From assembly GCA_964624865.1 (NCBI GenBank), contig CAZUZU010000001.1:2823-49064 (forward strand): DNA of 46,242 bases, read 5' to 3'. This document shows positions 42,101 to 46,204 of this stretch, one piece after another. The stretch is from an uncultured archaeon (GTDB lineage: Archaea; Thermoplasmatota; Penumbrarchaeia; CAZUZU01). Under the pieces are notes generated by a model that was given only the letters and a program-made list of their open reading frames with translations, did no database searches and had not been told where the DNA came from. Position numbers and translations under genes: made by a program. Numbering within the stretch: the first letter of the stretch is position 1; each line of letters opens with the position of its first letter.

Positions 42101-45058
42101 CGTGCTAACGACGGTGACTTCGACGGGCTGACAAGGAACGACGAGGACGAGTACTACAGGGATCCGAATGATAACGACGAGGACTGTGATGGTGACGGAT
42201 TACTTGATAGCGAGGAAGAATACGGTTCAAGAAAGGGAGGGGAGCCCGGGAGTTATGTGACGAGGTCTAATGACTACGATGGTGATGGAATATCAGATGA
42301 TAAAGAGATGTGTTACGTTAATGGAGTGAGAGGTGCCTTTTTTTACGAGGCCGAAGCTTCTTATCAACGTACCTGTGGGATAAGTCATAGTAATAGTCCT
42401 ATGCCTAAGGCCATTCATATTGATCCCAACCCAGAAGCTAACGATGCGGTGATCGGAACTGCTACATCAAATCTTTTGTGTGCTTGGAATATTGAATATC
42501 CCGAGGATTGCACCGGAAGTGGCATCGATTTTAATAAAAATCATGACTCTTTGATATCCAGTCATAATTATCGATTTGTTTTAAGGATGAGAGAGAGTTA
42601 TGAACAAAAGGATTCAAAGATAAGAGTTGTAGTAAGAAATTTTAATGTGTTTGGAGAATCATTAGAAATATTTAATAATAGCATGACTGTAAATCCCAAT
42701 TCACGTGGTTATGAATGGATACCTTTTCCGCATACCTTAAATTATTATAAATCTCGGTCTCATGAATACACCCAAGTTGAATTCTATGATGTTTCTGAAA
42801 ATGATCCGGTTACAATTTGGGGGTCTTGTAATTTGGAATTGGATTCCATAATATTAATCGATGCGTCACTCCAGTATTGGCGGACACAAAGTACTCAGGT
42901 AACCTTACCATATTGTAAAGATAGTGACGGAGATCTTATATGGGACGATGACGAAGTAATAGAGGGTAATTATTGGCTTCCTGCAGAGTGGTATAAAACA
43001 AATTATGCGACAGACAGGATTGATGAACGTTCGGTAGGTTATTCCGTTAATAGAGCTACCAATGACAATGAAAACCCCGTATTAGATATTGATAATATCG
43101 ATTTTAATAATGCAATGTACTCCATATATTGCAGGGGTCTAAATGAGAAACGATGTAGTTATGAAGAGATGGATCCAAATGATTATAATTATTTTAAAAT
43201 AAAGATTCAAGGCGTAGATAAAAAATATTTTTACAATTATTACAGCGGCGGCTCATTAGGCCCCAAAGGTATCTATGATAGCTCAAATATTATTGAACGA
43301 AAAGTTTATGTCACTGATGACAAGGTATGGGGAAAAACATGGTACAATCCACCTGCCCGCGGCAAATATACCAATAATCTACACGTATATCATTGTCGCC
43401 AATTTAAACCCGATACCTCTACAAATCAAAGGATTATATTCTATGATTATAACGATTGCGGTATGAAATTTGATTGGATATCGGTAATAAAAAATGAAAA
43501 CGTAGACGATTATCTGCCTTCAAATCCTCTTTCTTTTGACACTGATGGCGATTATATTTGGGATAAGGTAGAAATTGCATATCAGGAGACAGATATGGAA
43601 ATTAATGGTGATGATTGGTACGATTGGTATGAAGGAAGAAATGAAGTAGAAGGTGTAGATTGGTATGATGATGCTCTTTGGATAGATCAATCCGAATCCG
43701 GTGTATTAAGAGCATATCATCCTTTAGGTGAGATAGATAATGATATTTATTACGATAGTGAATATAATATAGATAACAAGGACGTAATATATTTAAATGA
43801 GTATCAATATCTATCATTTGATATGTCTCTTGACAAAGAAAAAAAGGATGACGGGTCTGAACCTTTTTCTAAATTATTTTTAATTCTTGGGATCTTTTAT
43901 ACAAGTAAGAATTCTGTTGAGTATAAAATAATCAACATTGACACCGAATGTTGGCCGTCATCCCCACAAATAACATATAATTGGTATTATTACTCTGAAA
44001 AGAAAGTTAAAATCGATTTGAGAGACATAGGTTCTGTAATTTATCCAGAAGAGCAATGTAAACATAATTATTATTATCCTGTCCGATGGATAACACATAT
44101 GGCGTTTTACGCATATAGCAATGATAATTGTGAAAAAATATATAAGATATCATCAATTAGATTTGAGAAACAACTCAATCCTTTAAGTGATGATAGTGAT
44201 AACGATGGAATACAAGACGGTTATGAGATTGGCTGTTATGATTATTCTTATTCATACTTTAATTGGCACTATAAACCGAGTGGAACATCTTATAAACCGA
44301 AATATGATTATGAAAAATCTTCAGGATGTTTAGATCCCGATACCGATAATGATGCATTGCTTGATGGAATGGAGGCCCATAGACATTTATCATTAAAAGA
44401 TAAGGATACGGACAATGATGGTTTAAATGATTATTATGAATATGTTGCTTATGGACATTATGGTTTCAATGGTTACTATTCATACGGTCGTATCCCAAAG
44501 GGATATTCAGCGTCCTTGCCGTATCTTCAACATCATCCCCATACAAATATTCCGGACATTTATATCGAAATGGATTGGATGCGCAATTGTGAACCTGAAG
44601 ATAGTGATGGTAACGATGTTTGGGATTTTGTGGAGATAGCAATGGATATATTTTACAATCGAGGAATTCATCTACATGTAGATAATGGCTGTATGGGTAG
44701 TGGTTCGCAAACATCTAGAAAAGGTACGATTGAAGACGCATCTTGGGGTATAAAAAACGAGCATTTTTCAAGAGAAGGTATGGGTATATTTTATTATGGC
44801 TTAATTTGCATTGAATTATCAGGAGGATATGTGGGTAAAGGCGGTGGATATAAGATCGCAATTGCAAGTGCGAAAATGGATTCGACAAAGGAATGGGCGG
44901 GAGTGTTTTTACATGAATTGGGACATTGTGTCATCAGGGGTTGGGATGATCATTGTAATAATGATCCATGTGCAATGCAAGGAAGTTATTCTGGAGTTCC
45001 TGATCTAACTTATTGTAAGAAATGTACCGAATTAATCGATCCAGGGAAAGGGATATAA
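30086..45058 (+). CDS. Giant (4,990 aa from ATG 30086; 5,002 aa from ORF-track start 30050) mosaic secreted surface protein with a C-terminal metzincin-like domain
   Basis: About 15 kb is uninterrupted in one frame. The preferred start gives MEKDRSQKLRNVKRAFSISAIFILLISGIPMLVSA (signal/anchor). The domain calls are in the sub-features below. Confidence 0.9.
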   Translation: MEKDRSQKLRNVKRAFSISAIFILLISGIPMLVSALDGPGTDPEAKERSNPKLVWDFDVKENNGKYIAKTPVHEVEFPEYFKDGISLMIGGESIVYGIERLDYETERKQWYTRNNLTEKYTLYTEGEEKQVYWADTKPSWMNASYGEWTLYDEVSLLPGRSKVLIQGTKVVYKDAFQGVDIIFEVQFTKVKETIVLNRDFDFCVSPLRIKSRVCSMDDIAFTGGLKNIISTGANAFEIESPYYVNDNKKGDYCTFEYDAVDKNTIDMITEISNSRIRNHNVNGVPIIIDPTLGSSLSGSILYEGLSNGTVKETIDGTVTYYEDQNNRIYAESDVDISGSLILDNITLKVNSSSGSIYTINVTDSGRFDILNASAVKNNNTGYGYNLRYLSGSRGTINNSLIENVSGEYEGLRTETSELNITNSLIRNSESHGVYCNASWPVIYGNSIYNCSGDGVYYQGQSVEMDLTDEENTTTNSNLNFTSEGIRVNGSGPDTGYLITDEIELPDDCLWEGIKITEENNITGLSYLASITDPNNNPIDGFTNISGLPEYIDISSINPVKFDTIGIFVNISHPESNNGNISILTIKTGFEPKRKIVDDLSNDRYISESSGISQSNGMIAPKYGSGYAFDIDTTADFDAGDKGSNESGNVSVETSTDNYNIDAGEIQLSNRYCDKFEYADSDGETWKWDQWTPTGSWSVHENDIDTTEDGEFYQSISSTDYQQNRFYLGGESEYVLSGDFDIRMAIELGYWVYGGSYGTRQKYAHFYLRDSGGTWAYISREVDNYCTDIFRWRTANTHQYIWNYHDKTCAMRFTRTGSTLKMYYRNDMNVESESWTLKATDSSWTSNDVYVFLRFYDNAMNNYNADVHWDDFWIKEGDLKEYGYCQYGNYTTENLTIESGQVLDYVRVDHENLDSENKINWVAFLNDTGSVVANYTNNGSGITSGNYTIISDNNLDEGNLSDINGTYRINVGLKGNKSSTPVITRLSGELDTVNESYFTTTEIESETYEQWDALLLNKSTSDVDNFITVSVLDGETNSTITGYSELSGSYIPLSGIDTYLHTSLKLRFDFITDGSNPPELYEWQLHKTPRWSYNYIYDCENGIRLNGSSPLISNNYIYKNSESGISIDNSYSSTLGRRMTYENVQLFGASPVEYDFDTSEGFAHMDDQTNSQSFWNSTTQSIDFISNTNDPAGSFERMQINLSTKLSPNSFWSLESEFHLTFRNNSEGAYGDMSVIPVLLNSTDDEYGRIYVHAYGGNDTINNNCDVISIYYQSSIGASNTTICQYYSDDTGNGSYDGDYFIRIWYHPWESTLYGQICNASKQSDVLASGSLVKPNILIENISAGVCAGQGSSSSNYYEGYVNEIKLYLGLPEIIESDDLNVTPYNASLNKVSETSGYLVTAPLTIDDYYTGVSLNLTTTEPANTSISVSILDAVTGDAIEGFENLYSNDIGLVNLTDDSNHGFKLRFDFQGANNSTPVLSKVLFRYYHYEKSGGVIDNVVYHNHDGIMVGNNSDFVSIVGNTIFDNTRYGIHMEGANRLFEYQGLNGYGLSDGINFDSSGSKESIISLPPRSGIYDMNFTVSGEKYIPYGPLGSDYYFQGTRTNSTVNMTLNGTINVTVPTNWTASYAVASYTNLTDNGVETNSSNVNLSCNHSGTNLQFDINSSVYFNSSVLNQTTDILAFNFTVNQTDIEGNLSVVLTFTLQKQTLWEQQEDGYDISVDLDPSKVNLSGLKLIIPIPNNGFVYANASVYNSTCEDPVDYSSNLSTDNKDSGYVVFDIGAIDEDDFTESWDYQHEMDTWSDSHHPTGWSTLTYTNANYITHDTEGDNDYLYSNEQTDWDDCGLQKWNIDLGEDYTIETRVNISSGGFCAFKYYDGSYSCGLSVSEGSFGIDTSQWHTYRKVANDGDYKFYIDGELDSSGSLSSDTSNSHEFWMAYTSLAGMVTGWIDYIKWRSDNEDAELTFDANLTYYLNNPSLSLGDVTLWSHTGEFNTTATPMNNTTAKESYIKSLNQALESDLTSNDLTLSVSAASAGYMNISNLGFHLVRRSYIGKNRIWGGEYGIYVNNSTSVLVDGNHVLNSEVSGIELANCSGRQRSLNSLRGGLSNGTYSFDDDSLTTGENWEMTVPDGSVITNMSFDLSGESYVPLYNLSESHEYTGSISSQYSGMLPANLSGYKPSNWNNITEMTLDASVDSLDYGDCLSLFGLDAVSDTTYTYLWNRSKDEMESSTVDYYRPAVADLVPTRGYRIGYIYSYNSTELNASIWNGSAWIDHVNLTANLTTNQKQCFALDFEYVSLDGVALWAEYNGTAEYLRWATYNSSGWDISNQTINVSNVRWITMSEVGTTGTFLALLQLSNGTVYSMTWNGSEWDNSSVTEISNSSVSTSYCGIALTEYNGNIIALYSETGGLRYRIYSNGWGSEQTVTGISSPYWVELVTNKDGTVCGAASTSSKDLYGLAFTGGSLKESRLLCEDGLHTTTSPCFDVVADSVGDFYFIWSRTDYFNFNITWYNGVYWINQSYWNNTYPDHEDTIGHWHFDTGYGSTVVDSSGYYYNGTIHNAEWDYSGRFHKGVFFNSTEGNNYVEFDDHVSTFDDYSQGILELWFKWNGTDTGGTLFFLGDKDTTNDYAALRVGSSTSNFNDESLGFVFFEGGTCKLGAYARKGETHYRDGQWHHVAWVVGEDFNYMFIDGKKETLSYDYGSSSTGNYFLNVNNADTMTLGLSNNSISHDFFGSIDEMRIIDDEFVKPLDAHWIEVVADTESDRMFLVATGDSYLIHSQYEDSEWTDTEKSSYYLYSPCDSSRSLDASFERINFPPTPFSAAMNVTHNNNTKTYTESSDTITYTYSDNLTCVNVSGADTYNFTVDSDLINVSSDILLTVDAINTTSANWTYVFDASSYNATNVTDGYSIEITLWAPVGVNVTNPQLKVYTPCTSYMEANVTVVGQNENLTSDYIDYSCKSDGYILLDLSGLSEIGWVWNYSANNITINVTLRFSPGELKLDIGGDGDNEWEYTGNDTFLVDASVNGFEPALLSEQNVHVSDDSVGYSYIPLEITSDYAGNVTISNLTVYYNISAVVRNNNVINTGNTMINAADSWSRIVSNIVASDNSSSTGIKNRESGTKGDSGSLIFDNIITNSGDYGININVTGTVMNGNTISNPDYGIYFDEASYNAVGDNIISNCTDYGIYHRDENRKEFGPEMYTEIFSNTISGCNMGLYMDSVNDTVYSNTFSGCDYGFSWYNSYVGNVTGNNFDNCSYGAYAYVVEDETTLLAGNDFSNCDVGLSMFGTGNATIRSNKFTSNTYGIRLRREFNSTKPYNVTVDYCDFEYNMYGVAASNVTFEINNCTFTSNTFKDVSLQSTKSSNMTDIETDLGDNAGIFMEVSANLSIQNNTLEIISAVESGDVDGDDDDDLVGLYRNTTRNDYGIVVWEWDNGDWDDPVYINYTLDEGDEFSSINIADFTEDEGEEILVILNKDADNSKAYIYSYVDRAIKYEFSDIGPDTEECIVYDYDLDGDNETAFIVEDSDQVWIFEEGGGSWNRIGTVDVISNPIYGDYGNINSSIPNYQELVIVGEYDDPIGKLSVIKYDGGFESEDYTFSKRVTEGVSVLDCDGDGTKEVVVTFAGEARIMSYDTGEWTVENSVDLPWDHKSRVERGDFNNDSIEDFMLGWREIVNNDMYIYTAYCYFWNDNADDYAIVNMEFNMTHSVAYDTEGGVSIGDPDNDDVPEVVIALEIEGDGENQDVLVYDLDYSQGFVNRTVRVQVYNDTNAPLEGVSVAVRDAEGAVRFSDTTGSDGLTGNHIVPLKEFRGDVSDYKIIYYSPFNVSVNDTTEYSLVRHCTVIPGTGIATIKMWLGEDTDQDGLTNGEENNSYLSNWSSEDTDQDGLSDGYEAGINASTCPRFYNSSTSRWEPTIIDTGRYAPSGRNATSVTSVDTDGDKLLDGNDIWLANITTSVYDAWIERHYVFDNDMFIGEEGEGTNPIDNDTDRGGVEDGIEYRSGQDPTTDTGERANDGDFDGLTRNDEDEYYRDPNDNDEDCDGDGLLDSEEEYGSRKGGEPGSYVTRSNDYDGDGISDDKEMCYVNGVRGAFFYEAEASYQRTCGISHSNSPMPKAIHIDPNPEANDAVIGTATSNLLCAWNIEYPEDCTGSGIDFNKNHDSLISSHNYRFVLRMRESYEQKDSKIRVVVRNFNVFGESLEIFNNSMTVNPNSRGYEWIPFPHTLNYYKSRSHEYTQVEFYDVSENDPVTIWGSCNLELDSIILIDASLQYWRTQSTQVTLPYCKDSDGDLIWDDDEVIEGNYWLPAEWYKTNYATDRIDERSVGYSVNRATNDNENPVLDIDNIDFNNAMYSIYCRGLNEKRCSYEEMDPNDYNYFKIKIQGVDKKYFYNYYSGGSLGPKGIYDSSNIIERKVYVTDDKVWGKTWYNPPARGKYTNNLHVYHCRQFKPDTSTNQRIIFYDYNDCGMKFDWISVIKNENVDDYLPSNPLSFDTDGDYIWDKVEIAYQETDMEINGDDWYDWYEGRNEVEGVDWYDDALWIDQSESGVLRAYHPLGEIDNDIYYDSEYNIDNKDVIYLNEYQYLSFDMSLDKEKKDDGSEPFSKLFLILGIFYTSKNSVEYKIINIDTECWPSSPQITYNWYYYSEKKVKIDLRDIGSVIYPEEQCKHNYYYPVRWITHMAFYAYSNDNCEKIYKISSIRFEKQLNPLSDDSDNDGIQDGYEIGCYDYSYSYFNWHYKPSGTSYKPKYDYEKSSGCLDPDTDNDALLDGMEAHRHLSLKDKDTDNDGLNDYYEYVAYGHYGFNGYYSYGRIPKGYSASLPYLQHHPHTNIPDIYIEMDWMRNCEPEDSDGNDVWDFVEIAMDIFYNRGIHLHVDNGCMGSGSQTSRKGTIEDASWGIKNEHFSREGMGIFYYGLICIELSGGYVGKGGGYKIAIASAKMDSTKEWAGVFLHELGHCVIRGWDDHCNNDPCAMQGSYSGVPDLTYCKKCTELIDPGKGI
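31106..31470 (+). other. Right-handed parallel beta-helix (PbH1/NosD-like) repeat block
   Basis: INNSLIENVSGEYEGLRTETSELNITNSLIRNSESHGVYCNASWPVIYGNSIYNCSGDGVYY shows a 22-24-aa N-x-I-x-N periodicity. Shorter blocks of the same kind lie at about 33350-33480, 34565-34700 and 36230-36365. Confidence 0.7.
37681..38320 (+). other. LamG / concanavalin-A-like lectin domain (LamG_3-type)
   Basis: HWHFDTGYGSTVVDSSGYYYNGTIHNAEW...GILELWFKWNG...GQWHHVAWVVGEDFNYMFIDGKK...GSIDEMRIIDDEF. Two further jelly-roll-like segments lie at about 32105-32710 and 35448-35955. Confidence 0.7.
39302..40260 (+). other. Large parallel beta-helix (PbH1) repeat block
   Basis: There are more than 10 consecutive units. Examples: DNIITNSGDYGININVTGTVMNGNTISNPDYGIYFDEASYNAVGDNIISNCTDYGIYH, then NTISGCNMGLYMDS, NTFSGCDYGFSW, NNFDNCSYGAYA, NDFSNCDVGLSM, NKFTSNTYGIRL. 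Confidence 0.8.
40268..41330 (+). other. FG-GAP/VCBS-like repeats (integrin-alpha-type beta-propeller)
   Basis: Ca-loop motifs recur every 55-70 aa: GDVDGDDDDDLVG, ADFTEDEGEEILV, YDYDLDGDNETAFIV, LDCDGDGTKEVVV, GDFNNDSIEDFMLG, GDPDNDDVPEVVIA. Confidence 0.7.
41341..41636 (+). other. Carboxypeptidase-regulatory-like (transthyretin-like) beta-sandwich domain
   Basis: VRVQVYNDTNAPLEGVSVAVRDAEGAVRFSDTTGSDGLTG fits the typical V-x-V-x-D...PL-x-G-V-x-V...T-x-x-DG pattern. Confidence 0.55.
41637..42310 (+). repeat. TSP3-like calcium-binding repeats forming the linker before the low-GC tip
   Basis: EDTDQDGLTNGEE, EDTDQDGLSDGYE, VDTDGDKLLDGND, DNDTDRGGVEDGIE, DEDCDGDGLLDSEE, DYDGDGISDDKE. A 22-nt direct repeat gcgaagacacggaccaggacgg occurs at 41637 and 41706. 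Confidence 0.8.
41675..41712 (+). repeat. Internal copy of the 38-nt exact repeat (encodes ENNSYLSNWSSED)
   Basis: gagaacaacagctacctcagcaactggagcagcgaaga is identical to 46205-46242. It starts on a codon boundary of the giant ORF. Confidence 0.95.
44560..45055 (+). other. C-terminal zinc metalloprotease domain, archaemetzincin (M54)-like metzincin
   Basis: HELGH lies at 44912-44926, followed by CVIRGWDD-HC-NNDP-C-A-M-(12 aa)-C-KK-C (CxxC at 45014-45025). This compares with the published archaemetzincin signature HEXXHXXGX3CX4CXMX17CXXC, with altered spacings. Confidence 0.6.
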
Positions 45059-45628
45059 ATGGACAAGAAATACAGTCCGTTGATTACTATAGGTTTGGTA
45101 ATAATCCTATGTCTGGCTTTTTATTATGGTTATATTAATAATTATTTTTTAAAATATCCCTGTTATAGATATAAATATACGGTAGAAATTAATACTGATT
45201 CGCCGGAGAATTATACTATTTATGTACCAATACTGGTAAATGAAGATGATGGTGAAATATCGAAAGCGATGAATAATTTGGAGAAATCAGGTAAATGTTC
45301 ATATGAAATAACGAATTCGAGAAATGGATGGGCTATGATGATAGAGGGTATAGGAAATATTACTTTACTCTCTGAGGGTGAAAAAGAAATACAATATGCA
45401 TGGTTGAGCATGTATAATGCCTCTTATGGTGAAAATAAAAGTTTTGGTGAATATTGGATATATTCTGACCATAAAGGAAATAATTCAATAGATGTTTGGG
45501 TGTATGGTTATATAGACAAGGGACATAGTGAATTTGAAGGCAAGAGTTATGTAAGTTATGTTAGATGCCAGATTAAAGAATCGGGATGGCAGAGATATAG
45601 GGGAGATCATGGGGTATCTGTTGTTTAA
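45059..45628 (+). CDS. Hypothetical 189-aa single-pass membrane protein, translationally coupled to the giant ORF (candidate cognate partner, inhibitor or immunity protein)
   Basis: The ATG directly abuts the giant ORF stop (ataTAAATGgac). It has the same low-GC composition. An N-terminal TM helix (LITIGLVIILCLAFYYGYI) precedes a beta-rich domain of about 150 aa. No family was recognised. Confidence 0.7.
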   Translation: MDKKYSPLITIGLVIILCLAFYYGYINNYFLKYPCYRYKYTVEINTDSPENYTIYVPILVNEDDGEISKAMNNLEKSGKCSYEITNSRNGWAMMIEGIGNITLLSEGEKEIQYAWLSMYNASYGENKSFGEYWIYSDHKGNNSIDVWVYGYIDKGHSEFEGKSYVSYVRCQIKESGWQRYRGDHGVSVV

Positions 45629-46167
45629 ACACGAAAACGCCGTGAAATCTGAAGTAATACCTGGCATTTCGGGAGACCATAGCCCCCGCCCTTCTAACTA
45701 CGGAAATGCCGTATTACGGAGAGCTGGCCGGTTTTACGGTCGTTTTCCAGATAGCCGCTGAAATATTCGAAAAGAGAGATGCAAGCAAGATGGAAAGGAG
45801 AAAAAAGAAGGTAGTCAAAAATGGGAATCCTCCACCTCGGCAACGTGTGCTGGCGTAAGAAGTCCAAATCTCTTGGTATGAGCGCTTCGAGGACAACCCA
45901 TGGGGTTTTGGGCATGGGTCACCGCAGAAGCGATGAGGGAGGGCATAAAGGGCGCCGGTCCGAGCGAGTGCAGGGAGCGAGGATAGCGCTTGCGGGGTGG
46001 GAGGAAGAGTGCGAGCAGGCGTTACCGAGGTTTTTGGTACCTGTAGGTTTTTGGCGAGGTAATGCCAGCGGAGCACGAGGGGCAAAAAGACCAGGGTGCG
46101 AGCGCTACATCGAAGGCACTCGTCCGTTATCGTGTCCGTCCACAAGAGTGGAGTCGATGCCAGGCAA

Positions 46168-46204
46168 GAGAGCCGGGCACTGGCTCTCGGCCCTTTGTGT
46201 TTGT
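46168..46204 (+). terminator. Hairpin plus T-rich tract (terminator-like) immediately before the repeat junction
   Basis: A 7-bp stem pairs gagagcc (46168-46174) with ggctctc (46182-46188) around a 7-nt loop. ggccCTTTGTGTTTGT follows, ending at 46204. Confidence 0.35.

Larger units (their letters stand above)
42160..45628 (+). other. Low-GC cassette: last 960 or so codons of the giant ORF plus the downstream 189-aa gene
   Basis: Hand-counted GC on single 60-nt lines is 23% (43141-43200) and 30% (44041-44100). This compares with 70% (41401-41460) and 60% (36001-36060) in the gene body and 68% (45961-46020) just downstream. Asp codons in the same TSP3 motif switch from gac (gacacggaccaggacggg, 41642) to gat (gatcccgataccgataatgat, 44334). 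Confidence 0.75.

Noticed and set aside
42100-45700. A mobile-element origin (IS or transposon) for the low-GC cassette
   Set aside because: I could see no transposase, integrase or recombinase ORF and no obvious terminal inverted repeats at the composition boundaries. The cassette is fused in frame to the giant ORF, which favours homologous or illegitimate recombination over transposition. A computational inverted-repeat search was not possible here.
46009-46103. Group II intron 5' ends suggested by two GTGCG motifs
   Set aside because: There is no domain V-like hairpin with the AGC triad, no intron-encoded protein, and no plausible exon junctions. The motif is too short to be meaningful alone.
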